64,000 nucleotides of DNA. It comes from a virus. Numbering within the stretch: the stretch's first letter is position 1; each line of letters opens with the position of its first letter. The position numbers were made by a program, and so were the translations under genes. The stretch spans positions 2,257-66,256 of IMG/VR virus record IMGVR_UViG_3300032265_002113. One strand, 5' to 3'. The notes beneath the pieces are model-generated. The model ran no database searches. It saw only the letters and a list, made by a program, of their open reading frames with translations, and was not told where the DNA came from. Positions 8,879-17,133 of the stretch are shown here, in pieces.

Positions 8879-9160
8879 ATGCCACATTACAAAAATACTG
8901 AAAATGATATTCATTGGTTAGATTCTTCGGATGAAGAAAAAGATTATTTGCCAGAAGGTTTTATTCAAATAACAGACGATGAAGCTGAAGACATTCGTGA
9001 AGCAAAAAGAATCGCATTATATGAAAATTTAACTTATGCACAAAAACGTGCAGCTGAATACCCATTGTTTGCAGACCAGCTCGATTTGTTATATCATGGA
9101 GGTATAGATGAATGGAAAGCAGCTATTCAAGTTATCAAAGATAAGTATCCCAAAACATAA
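8879..9160 (+). CDS. tail-fibre assembly chaperone-like protein
   Basis: YAQKRAAEYP--ADQLD-LYH...VIKDKYPK motif typical of small genes that follow fibre genes. Confidence 0.6.
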   Translation: MPHYKNTENDIHWLDSSDEEKDYLPEGFIQITDDEAEDIREAKRIALYENLTYAQKRAAEYPLFADQLDLLYHGGIDEWKAAIQVIKDKYPKT

Positions 9161-9173
9161 ATTCATGAGAGGC

Positions 9174-9202
9174 TTGACAATCCTCTAATCCTGTGATATA
9201 AT
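9174..9202 (+). promoter_or_regulatory. consensus sigma70 promoter driving the RNA locus
   Basis: Perfect TTGACA-N17-TATAAT with extended -10 TG. Confidence 0.85.
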
Positions 9203-9210
9203 ATATACTT

Positions 9211-9303
9211 TACACACTTATGAACTGGGACATGGCTCAGCTGTGCAATTAGACTAAGTTCCCACTCTGTGGGTACGGGAGTGAGAATCTCCCTAAGTGT
9301 GTA
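9211..9303 (+). ncRNA. tRNA-like structured element (acceptor-like stem, T-arm, variable-arm hairpin; no CCA, no canonical anticodon arm)
   Basis: TACACACTTA/TAAGTGTGTA 10-bp stem; GGGAG-TGAGAAT-CTCCC arm abutting the 3' strand; CCCAC-TCT-GTGGG hairpin. Confidence 0.55.
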
Positions 9304-9306
9304 TTT

Positions 9307-9711
9307 TATTGCTGTATGAAGCAAAGAGAAAAGTGTTCTGGACGGGGGTGCGAATCCCCCCAGGTCCACCATAAGGAAATTTGATGAAATTGGAAAAAGT
9401 AAAACAGTATTTTGTTGTAGTAGACAAAGATGACACAGTAAAAAGAGTGTGTTGGGCACCTTTACTTTGGGATATGACTAAACGTGGATATCGTTTTACA
9501 GGATTTAAAGGATTGAATTATCCTCTTCCAAAGTTTCTTTATGTTGGGCCTGCATAGTTTCGACAGAGCAAAGAGTAACAGAGTGGACAGCACGGTAGGC
9601 GATGACCGTTAATCAAGCAAAAAACGTAAATGCAAACGACTCCGCATATCGCCTAGCTGCTTAAGCTAAGCTGAGGTTTCGCCGACTGTCCTTATTATCC
9701 AATCAGTCGGC
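9307..9711 (+). ncRNA. ssrA: circularly permuted (two-piece) tmRNA gene
   Basis: Acceptor piece ends GAC-GGGGG-TGCGAAT-CCCCC-CAGGTCC-ACCA (9371). Coding piece starts GGGCCTG-CATAGTTTCGAC (9546), pairing with CAGGTCC and giving G3-U70. P2 pairings GTTCTG/CAGAGC and TGCTGT/ACAGCA. Tag frame 9632-9664 encodes ANDSAYRLAA*. 3' hairpin GCCGACTG/CAGTCGGC. Outer ends are approximate. Confidence 0.92.
9384..9557 (+). CDS. 57-aa ORF occupying the tmRNA intervening segment
   Basis: AAGGA 6 nt before ATG; MKLEKVKQYFVVVDKDDTVKRVCWAPLLWDMTKRGYRFTGFKGLNYPLPKFLYVGPA*. Confidence 0.5.
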   Translation: MKLEKVKQYFVVVDKDDTVKRVCWAPLLWDMTKRGYRFTGFKGLNYPLPKFLYVGPA

Positions 9712-9734
9712 ACATTAAGTAAGAAAGGAAACAA

Positions 9735-10286
9735 ATGCGAAGTAAACCAATACTTTTCAGCATAGTAGTTTCCGCAATAGTTCTTTGCCTCTCCATGGTA
9801 AATATTAATTTTAGAATTCCTCTAAAAGCTAATTATCAGGATCTCACTGAGGCAACAAAGAGGCAGGTTACATGCCTTGCAGAGAACATTTACTTTGAAG
9901 CTGGACATGAACCATTGAGTGGTAAACAAGCTGTTGCTTTTGTTACCATTAATCGTGTTCAATCCGGTTACAGTAAAGATATTTGCGGAGTTGTTCATCA
10001 AAAGTCGGGAGAGACCTGTCAGTTTTCCTGGTTGTGTGATAAAAACATTACCAGTAAACGCTTGACAATTAGAGATAGTTCGTTGTATAATGAAGTTCGT
10101 GAGTTAGCCGTGGACATGATTCTAAATCGTGACCTCAAGGAAGATGTTACACAAGGTGCAACATACTACCATGCTGACTATGTAAATCCTCATTGGCCTT
10201 ACAAGAAAGTAAAGCAAATTGGTGCTCATATTTTCTATGTAAACCATGCGGATAAAATTGACAGAAATAGGAGTTTTTATGAATAA
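9735..10286 (+). CDS. cell wall hydrolase, SleB/CwlJ (Hydrolase_2) family with N-terminal membrane anchor
   Basis: CLAENIYFEA, AVA-V--NRV, CQFSW, GATYYHADYV-P-W, IGAHIFY. Confidence 0.88.
   Translation: MRSKPILFSIVVSAIVLCLSMVNINFRIPLKANYQDLTEATKRQVTCLAENIYFEAGHEPLSGKQAVAFVTINRVQSGYSKDICGVVHQKSGETCQFSWLCDKNITSKRLTIRDSSLYNEVRELAVDMILNRDLKEDVTQGATYYHADYVNPHWPYKKVKQIGAHIFYVNHADKIDRNRSFYE
10062..10091 (+). promoter_or_regulatory. sigma70-type promoter inside the hydrolase gene, upstream of gp33/gp59
   Basis: TTGACA-N18-TATAAT. Confidence 0.6.
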
Positions 10287-10494
10287 AGATATTATGACTT
10301 TAGTTGTTAGCATAACCATTTTACTAGCAGGTATTATTGCAGGTGTAACAGTTTATCATCTGAATGACAGAATGAACTTTGCAAAGAACATGGAATCAGC
10401 AATTGCCAAAGGTGTTGATCCTCTTTCGGTTAAGTGTTCCTATGAGGAACGTCCTACTTCAACTTGCATTGCATATGCATTAGGTAAACGCTAA
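10279..10494 (+). CDS. small membrane-anchored hypothetical protein
   Basis: AGGAG Shine-Dalgarno; N-terminal hydrophobic helix. Confidence 0.7.
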   Translation: MNKDIMTLVVSITILLAGIIAGVTVYHLNDRMNFAKNMESAIAKGVDPLSVKCSYEERPTSTCIAYALGKR

Positions 10495-10715
10495 TGGCTA
10501 CTAGAGAAGAAATATCTGAATTCTCTACTAAAATATTGGAGATGGCTGACGAACAAGGTCAATCTTGTATGGATGTCATTATCCAATATTGTGATGAAAC
10601 AGGCATCGAGGTAGAGGTCGCAGCAACATTGGTTTCTTCATTTCTAAAGGCTCGCATTCGTGAAGAAGCACAGTCAATTAATCTAATCAAAAAGGCCGCA
10701 AAGCTACCACTATGA
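10494..10715 (+). CDS. gp33: late transcription co-activator gp33
   Basis: FS--I...MD-II-YC-E-GIE-E-AA-L....K--I--EA pattern; located upstream of gp59. Confidence 0.8.
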   Translation: MATREEISEFSTKILEMADEQGQSCMDVIIQYCDETGIEVEVAATLVSSFLKARIREEAQSINLIKKAAKLPL

Positions 10716-11317
10716 ATGAAGGTACAGGCTTTGCGGCCTTTGCGTTATACAATGCATTGAAGTTACATTTCACCTCGTCTTCCTATGATTTTTTCAAGTA
10801 TCATGGGAAGACTAATGTGAGCAAAGATACTTTTCTGAAGCGCAAAGATAAATATAGCTTCTACAAGTTATCACGCAAATACTCATTGGATGAACTCAGG
10901 AACTTCTATGTGGCTAATTTTGTATACGGTGACTCGACTTGGGTTGGTGAAATGACTGGACCAAGTGGTGAAGATGTATATAAAAAGTGGCAAAAGATTT
11001 CTCAAAGCTTGACATATAATTTTGAATCTGATATAGTACGCATCTTAGAACAGGTAAATAGTCCTGATGAATTGATGAAGGTAAGGTCTGGTGAATATCC
11101 TGACCTACTAGTTGGTGCAATGCAGAATTCAATATCAATTGAAACATTGGTGATACTGAATGATATGATGAACTTCTTTTCCATGTGGGATAAAAAGATT
11201 AGTGATGACATTATTTGGCCATCCTACAAATTGAAGTGTGAAAAGTATGCACCATTTATTACATACGATAAAGTTAAGTTTAAGAATATTTTAAAAGAGG
11301 CAATTACAAATGAGTAA
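10712..11317 (+). CDS. gp59: helicase loader gp59
   Basis: Y-ALKLHF---YDFFKY-GK...F-KRKD-Y-F-KLS; ISIETLVIL. Confidence 0.88.
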   Translation: MNEGTGFAAFALYNALKLHFTSSSYDFFKYHGKTNVSKDTFLKRKDKYSFYKLSRKYSLDELRNFYVANFVYGDSTWVGEMTGPSGEDVYKKWQKISQSLTYNFESDIVRILEQVNSPDELMKVRSGEYPDLLVGAMQNSISIETLVILNDMMNFFSMWDKKISDDIIWPSYKLKCEKYAPFITYDKVKFKNILKEAITNE

Positions 11318-11801
11318 ATATACAAAAATCTATTTGGACATGGACGGCGTGATTGCTGACTTTGCTAAAAGATATAAAGAATTATTCCATATTACACCTG
11401 AACAAGCTGATAGGAATAAAAATTTTGGTCCTTACTTCAATACCTTTATTGAAACTAAACAATTTGCAAGCCTTGATATGATGCCTGATGCAAGGATGTT
11501 ATTGGATCACCTGAACACATTAGATATTCCTGTAGAGATTCTTTCTTCTACAGCAAGACAAGATTCTCATGAGGATATTTCAGACCAGAAAAGAGTATGG
11601 TTGATTTCTCATGGTATCAACTATCCACGCAATTTTGTACCAGGTAAAAGCCTAAAGTACACCTTTGCGTCACCAGAATCCATTATCATTGATGACACAT
11701 TTTCTGTTATCATTGACTGGGTTGAGGCACGGGGTACAGCAATCCATCACACGGATGCTGCATCTACTATTGCTTCATTAGACGCTTTATTGAGCGACTA
11801 A
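11310..11801 (+). CDS. 5'(3')-deoxyribonucleotidase, HAD superfamily
   Basis: IYLDMDGVIADF, K--W and IIIDD motifs. Confidence 0.8.
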   Translation: MSKYTKIYLDMDGVIADFAKRYKELFHITPEQADRNKNFGPYFNTFIETKQFASLDMMPDARMLLDHLNTLDIPVEILSSTARQDSHEDISDQKRVWLISHGINYPRNFVPGKSLKYTFASPESIIIDDTFSVIIDWVEARGTAIHHTDAASTIASLDALLSD

Positions 11802-11873
11802 ATACACTTATATTATGCATAAAGTGGATAATCCGTTTTTATTTTTTACACTCCGTTATATAAAGGAAAAATC

Positions 11874-12764
11874 ATGGTAGATTTCGCAAATCTTAAACGC
11901 TCTTCGGGCAATCTTGACAAACTCTCTAAAGCTATCGAAGCTTTAAACACCTCAGAGGGTTCTGACAACAAAGACAATTATTGGAAACCTGAAGTAGACA
12001 AAGCCGGCAACGGCATGGCTGTTCTCCGTTTTCTTCCAGCTCCGGCTGTAGATGGTGATGACGCACTTCCGTGGGTCAAATTATTCTCACACGGCTTTCA
12101 AGGTCCTGGTGGTTGGCTTATTGACAACTGCTTGACAACCAAAAATCAACAATGTCCTGTGTGTGAACACAATTCTTCATTGTGGAATTCTGGTATTGAA
12201 GCCAATAAAGAGATTGTACGCAAACAAAAGCGTAAACTAAACTACATTGCAAATGTCTATATCGTTTCGGATCCAAAACATCCTGAGAACGAAGGACAAA
12301 TCAAGTTGTTCCGTTTCGGTAAGAAAATCTTTGATAAGATTACTGAAGCAATGAACCCACAGTTTGCTGATGAACAGGCAATCAATCCGTTCGACCTGTG
12401 GGCTGGTGCTAACTTCAAGTTGAAGATTCGTAAAGTTGAGGGTTACCAAAACTATGATAAGTCTGAATTTGAATCTCCTGCACCATTGTCCACAGATGAT
12501 GCAAAGCTTGAGAAAATCTGGAAATCAGAACACTCTTTGAAAGAGATGACTGCTGATAAGGAATTCAAAACTTATGATGAACTATCGACTCGCTTGAATC
12601 GTGTTCTCGGTTTGAATGGTGAGACTGTTAAACCTAAGACTACTGTTGAACAGATGAAGGCAACACCTGAGGCATTTAAACCTAAGGCTGTTGAACCTGA
12701 ATTGTCACTATCTGGTGATGATGACGATATGGCCTACTTCTCAAAGTTGGCTGAAGAAGATTAA
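11874..12764 (+). CDS. gp32: single-stranded DNA-binding protein gp32
   Basis: DKAGNG-AVLRFLPA, HGFQGPGGW-I-NC, CPVCE, NYD-S-F, acidic tail ending YFSKLAEED. Confidence 0.95.
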   Translation: MVDFANLKRSSGNLDKLSKAIEALNTSEGSDNKDNYWKPEVDKAGNGMAVLRFLPAPAVDGDDALPWVKLFSHGFQGPGGWLIDNCLTTKNQQCPVCEHNSSLWNSGIEANKEIVRKQKRKLNYIANVYIVSDPKHPENEGQIKLFRFGKKIFDKITEAMNPQFADEQAINPFDLWAGANFKLKIRKVEGYQNYDKSEFESPAPLSTDDAKLEKIWKSEHSLKEMTADKEFKTYDELSTRLNRVLGLNGETVKPKTTVEQMKATPEAFKPKAVEPELSLSGDDDDMAYFSKLAEED

Positions 12765-12789
12765 ACTTCTTTCTTTCATGGAACTTGAT

Positions 12790-12813
12790 ACCCCGCCTAG
12801 TGCGGGGTTTTTT
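12790..12813. terminator. Rho-independent terminator between convergent operons
   Basis: ACCCCGC-CTAGT-GCGGGGT followed by a T run. Confidence 0.8.
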
Positions 12814-12814
12814 A

Positions 12815-14800
12815 TTATGCAAATGAGTGAGTATTTTTTTTCAGTATAAGTTTTAGAGTATCATCATCTGTGCGGACAGGAGTTGAAAAAATGGTGCCAG
12901 AATTACCGCCACCAGAAGTTGCAACACTTTTACTTGCATCTATTACAGTAGGTTCAAATTTTGTACTATCACCAGATAAAGTTAAACCATCAAACTCTTT
13001 TTGAATTTTTTGAAACATTTGACCGAGTGTGTTGTCACTTGTTTCTAGTGAAGATTTTTCACCAGATTCTAACATCATATTTTTAATTCTTTTTTCTTGG
13101 TCATCTCTTTGCCTTAATCGTTCTTTTACTTTATCTGCTTGGTTTATTTCAGATAAGTTGCTATCTTTTTTTTCTTCCGGAATTTTTATAACATCCAGTT
13201 CTCCTTTTTTATCTCTTGTCCACATTTCATCCGGTTTAATCCAATTGTAATTCTTAGGTGATTTTTTCATGTTGGAAATTGTTTCATCGGATATTTTAGA
13301 ATCTACTCTTATATTTTCTGCAATTTCTCTGTAAGGCTTACTAGCAGGTACAGCAGTTGCTGGTGGCGGATTTGGTGCTGATTCTTCTACTTTTACTGCT
13401 GAGGCACTAGTGTTGGCTACAGGTACTTTTTCTCTTTCTTCTGGTGCAGTTGATGAAGGTGTCACTGCCGTTTTGGCAGATACTGCTGCGGGTGGTGGTG
13501 GTGGTACAGGTGACGCCTTCGGCATTGGTTCCACTGAGTTATCAACATCTTCTGATCCAACTATAATATCACTACCAGCGCCTTGTCTATTTTCAATCTC
13601 CAGCTGACGAGGTGGCGGCGCAACATATTTTGCACTTTCCGGATCTTCTTTCTGAACAACTAAATTTTTGCGAGTATCACCAGATTGAACAACCAATTTG
13701 CCAGCATCGTTTTTAACACGGCCTTGAAACTCAGCAAATGATTCATCTTTTGTTGATTCATACCAATCTTCAGCTTCTTTTAAATCTTTAACACCAATTT
13801 TTTCCTCTTTTTGCGCTTTAGATAGGGAATCATCATCCAATATTCTTTTGATACCTGACCTACTGAATAACTTTTGCCTTTTCTTTGCATTTAAAGAAGC
13901 AGATTCAATCGAAGAATCACTTGAAATTTCACCCCTCTTAAACATTGCAGTTTGATTATTTAAAACACTTTGGTGATAAGGATCGGTTTGCGCTTTATCT
14001 TCTCTTTCATTGGCCGCTGGACCAACTGTTCCATTGGACGCAGCATCAATAGCCAATGCTACTAAAGCTAATTTTTTACCTCCTAGTCTCTTTGCAAGTG
14101 AGGCTCCCGCTTCCAAAAGTGTTATGGCCGCGCCAGGAAGCTTCTGTAAACTTTTAAGAAATTTCAATAAGGGTTTAATTTTTTCAAATATCTTAATCAA
14201 CATTTTCTTTACTATTTCAATCATCCTTTCAAGAAAACCTTTACCTTTTTTTTCACTTGTTGCAGTTCCACCCCCTAAATTTTTTAGAGCATCAAGTAAT
14301 TCTTTATGCCTTCTTTCTCTTTCATCTTCCTGTTCTTTTTCAAAATTTTTAGCAATTTCACTCTGTTGTTTTTCTTCTAAAATCTGTCTTTTTAACAAAT
14401 TGAAAATACGAGCCATAATAGTGGAAAGACCTTCACCTTTTCTGATTGGTCTATTTTCACCGTCGGATACTTTTGAAATTAATGGATCATTTTTAACTGG
14501 TGTAATACCCAATGCGTCAGAATTTACCGATGACCTTCTTCTTGTACCAGCAAAATAAGCCATATCTTCTTCACTTCGGCCTGCAAGTTTACCATAAGCA
14601 TATGCACCTAATCTTCCTCCAACCATACGAGAGATATTCATTGGATCAAATTTCTCTTTTAGGCCTGTTAATTTAGCTTTGGTTTTATCTTTTATCGAAC
14701 TGGAAATGGATTTACCAAAACCTTGACCAGCTAAAGTTCTGTCTACGATTAAATCTTTGAGACTTCGGCCTCTTAATATTTGTGCTCTTTGATATTCCAT
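12815..14800 (-). CDS. large virion hub/tape-measure-region protein (paralogue 1)
   Basis: 661-aa ORF downstream of gp26/gp51; helical N-terminal half, Pro/Ala-rich linkers. Confidence 0.6.
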   Translation of the reverse strand: MEYQRAQILRGRSLKDLIVDRTLAGQGFGKSISSSIKDKTKAKLTGLKEKFDPMNISRMVGGRLGAYAYGKLAGRSEEDMAYFAGTRRRSSVNSDALGITPVKNDPLISKVSDGENRPIRKGEGLSTIMARIFNLLKRQILEEKQQSEIAKNFEKEQEDERERRHKELLDALKNLGGGTATSEKKGKGFLERMIEIVKKMLIKIFEKIKPLLKFLKSLQKLPGAAITLLEAGASLAKRLGGKKLALVALAIDAASNGTVGPAANEREDKAQTDPYHQSVLNNQTAMFKRGEISSDSSIESASLNAKKRQKLFSRSGIKRILDDDSLSKAQKEEKIGVKDLKEAEDWYESTKDESFAEFQGRVKNDAGKLVVQSGDTRKNLVVQKEDPESAKYVAPPPRQLEIENRQGAGSDIIVGSEDVDNSVEPMPKASPVPPPPPAAVSAKTAVTPSSTAPEEREKVPVANTSASAVKVEESAPNPPPATAVPASKPYREIAENIRVDSKISDETISNMKKSPKNYNWIKPDEMWTRDKKGELDVIKIPEEKKDSNLSEINQADKVKERLRQRDDQEKRIKNMMLESGEKSSLETSDNTLGQMFQKIQKEFDGLTLSGDSTKFEPTVIDASKSVATSGGGNSGTIFSTPVRTDDDTLKLILKKNTHSFA

Positions 14801-14815
14801 TTTTATTCTCTTTTG

Positions 14816-16942
14816 TTATGCTGCATAAGGGGAATATGCATTGTAATCAGGATCCGTTGGCATTGAAGTAATTTCTTTTTTACTTGAACCTATTATATTT
14901 GTACTATTATTTACAATAACAATAGGTTGAATTCTATTTGCTTTTTTCTGATCCATATTTAAGGAAGAAATTTGTTTTAAACGTAAACCAGTCATAACAT
15001 CACTTGAACTTAGGCTGTTAGAATTACCAGAATCATTTGATGCTAATAAGGTTGGTGTTGTGTCTAAAGTGTTATAACTAATCTTTTCTGGTGCTGCTGG
15101 TACTGCCGGTGCCGCTGGTACTGCCGGTGCCGAGGCTTTACTTTGCGGAAGGGGTGATGTTTCCGCTTCAGGTTTAAAATTGGGATTTTTTATCCAGTGT
15201 ACAGGATCACTTGTAGGTAATGGACGATACCACCCATTTTTTGTAAGAAACTCTGTCATATCTTTATCTAAAATCCTACTTACATCAATAGCGGTACCCA
15301 TAAAGTGTCTACTATCTTCACCGACAGGTAAACCATCTTTAGTAAACCAATTGCCTTTGGCGTCTTGGTGATGTTTTAATTTTTCTTGTTCGGATTCTGT
15401 GCGAATATTACTGGTAATTGGAATTTCTTTTCCGGTTTTATTTTTATATTCTTGGTATAATCCATATAATTCTGGGGTCAAAACAACAAAGTTCTTACCA
15501 ATATTAAACTGAAATCTTTCTCCTCTATAATATTGTCGAGCTTTAGGTTCTGGTTTTGCTGTAGGTTTTGCTGTAGGTTTTTTGGCTGCAGCTGCGGAAG
15601 CTTGATTTTCTATAATCATTTCACTCGAAGTATCTTTTGCAGGAACAGCTGCTGCAGATTCAGCCGGTAATGGTGTAGCTGTAGCGTTAGCAGCGAGCAC
15701 AGGTTTTGCCGTTGCTGCAGCTGCAGGTTTAATTCGAATGTATCGGCCTTTTTCTTTTTCTATATCTGCTGGAAGAACCAATTTTTGAGTTTTAGATTGC
15801 ATATCAAATACAGAAACTAAATTGGGTAATTCACTATCTTTTTTCTTACTCATGTCCAGTGCTGGTGCTACTGGTACTGCTGGTGATACTGGTGCTACTG
15901 GTACTGCTGGTGCTACTGGTGCTACTGGTACTGCTGGTGCTACTGGTGATACTGGTACTGCTGGTGCTACTGGTACTGCTGGTGATACTGATTTTTTTGA
16001 AGTACCATCAGGATTCCATCCTTTTGCGTACTTAGAATCCCATGCTTGAGCTTGCATAGCATCTTTTGGACGTGGAGCAACTGATTCCGAAGAATTTTGC
16101 GGAAACATTTTTTTTGATTTATTTTCTTTACTTCCAGGAGATGTAAAGAAACTAAGCGCAACTGCACCTAAACCTAATCCAGCTATTAATTCTTTTGCGC
16201 CACTAGAAGCAACTTCTTCGTCTTTTTTTCCTGTACTTGTGGATTTATCTCCAGCACTATGACCCAAAGCTTTCATTATTTCATCATGTCTCCTCTTTTC
16301 ATTCCTTAGTTTAGGGTCACCAAAGTTTTGTTTTAACTCTTTGATTAATTTCTTTTCTTCTATATCATTTTTTAGAATGGAATAAATTTTAGATGCAACA
16401 TTTCCTGCGTTGTCACCTTTACGCAGTTTAGGTCTTTTAGAAGAACCAACTTTAGTATATAATTCTGTATTGACTTTTGAGTTTATTGTTTGAGATGTAT
16501 TTGATTTGGGTCCTAAAAACATATTCTTCATTTTCTGAGGAATAAACTTTTTGGCTATTTTCTTGAATCTATTATCCAATCGACCTGTTTTTGTTTCTTT
16601 ATTATCTTCAGGATCTTCTTCCTCTTGTTCCTGTTCTTCAGGTGGTTGTTCTGCCTTTTTTACATAACGACCAGTCTCAGGATCGCGGGAACGACCTTGT
16701 TCAGCAAGAATTTTTTGAATTAATGGAACTAATATATGTTCTTTATAACCAGGTTGCTTGGATAATTCCAATTGTCTTTTCTTTAATTCATTCTTAGACA
16801 ATTTTTTACCGAGTTCAATCAACTGGTCTACTTGTTTTTTAGACAAGTTTCCAACACTCAACAATTCATTGATTTTATTTTCATTAAACATTTGCTCAAA
16901 TTCACCGGACTTAAGCATACTGTCGAAAACTTTTTGTTCCAT
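14816..16942 (-). CDS. large virion hub-region protein with M15-type zinc peptidase domain (paralogue 2)
   Basis: ITS--R---Q...[11 protein letters not shown]...DPVHW motif; PAVPVA repeats. Confidence 0.7.
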   Translation of the reverse strand: MEQKVFDSMLKSGEFEQMFNENKINELLSVGNLSKKQVDQLIELGKKLSKNELKKRQLELSKQPGYKEHILVPLIQKILAEQGRSRDPETGRYVKKAEQPPEEQEQEEEDPEDNKETKTGRLDNRFKKIAKKFIPQKMKNMFLGPKSNTSQTINSKVNTELYTKVGSSKRPKLRKGDNAGNVASKIYSILKNDIEEKKLIKELKQNFGDPKLRNEKRRHDEIMKALGHSAGDKSTSTGKKDEEVASSGAKELIAGLGLGAVALSFFTSPGSKENKSKKMFPQNSSESVAPRPKDAMQAQAWDSKYAKGWNPDGTSKKSVSPAVPVAPAVPVSPVAPAVPVAPVAPAVPVAPVSPAVPVAPALDMSKKKDSELPNLVSVFDMQSKTQKLVLPADIEKEKGRYIRIKPAAAATAKPVLAANATATPLPAESAAAVPAKDTSSEMIIENQASAAAAKKPTAKPTAKPEPKARQYYRGERFQFNIGKNFVVLTPELYGLYQEYKNKTGKEIPITSNIRTESEQEKLKHHQDAKGNWFTKDGLPVGEDSRHFMGTAIDVSRILDKDMTEFLTKNGWYRPLPTSDPVHWIKNPNFKPEAETSPLPQSKASAPAVPAAPAVPAAPEKISYNTLDTTPTLLASNDSGNSNSLSSSDVMTGLRLKQISSLNMDQKKANRIQPIVIVNNSTNIIGSSKKEITSMPTDPDYNAYSPYAA
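15861..15990. repeat. 9/18-nt tandem repeat encoding (PAVPV[A/S])n linker
   Basis: GCTGGTGCTACTGGTACT-type units repeated about 7 times. Confidence 0.85.
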
Positions 16943-16944
16943 TT

Positions 16945-17133
16945 TTATCTCTTAGTTGCGTTTTGTTGTTTTATCTTTTCATTTTCTTCTTGAATATGTT
17001 GTGTAAGTAAACTAATATAAACGTCCCTTTCCCAAGGTAACATGGTTTCTAATTCGGTCAGGCTATATTTGTGATGCTGCATCAATGCGAAATTAGTTGT
17101 ATAGTAATTTCTCAAAGTATCATGCCGCATCAC
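16945..17133 (-). CDS. gp51: baseplate hub assembly catalyst gp51-like
   Basis: L-NYY-TNFALMQHHKYSLTELE-M-PWERDVY. Confidence 0.85.
   Translation of the reverse strand: MMRHDTLRNYYTTNFALMQHHKYSLTELETMLPWERDVYISLLTQHIQEENEKIKQQNATKR

Noticed and set aside
9211-9303. Possible functional or UGA-suppressor tRNA (a CTCAG loop can be drawn)
   Set aside because: There is no proper D arm, the anticodon-arm geometry is wrong and there is no CCA. Genes in the window use TGA as a normal stop.
9163-9459. 98-aa minus-strand ORF in the track
   Set aside because: It is antisense to the promoter, the tRNA-like element and the tmRNA acceptor piece, so the structured RNA on the plus strand explains the region.
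11800-11873. gp32 autoregulatory pseudoknot leader as in T4
   Set aside because: The leader is short and A/T-rich, which fits autoregulation, but no convincing pseudoknot could be drawn.
13029-16049. Plus-strand ORFs opposite the large minus-strand genes, including a GATGTA-repeat ORF
   Set aside because: They are shadow frames of Lys/Glu-rich and tandem-repeat coding sequence and lack ribosome-binding sites.
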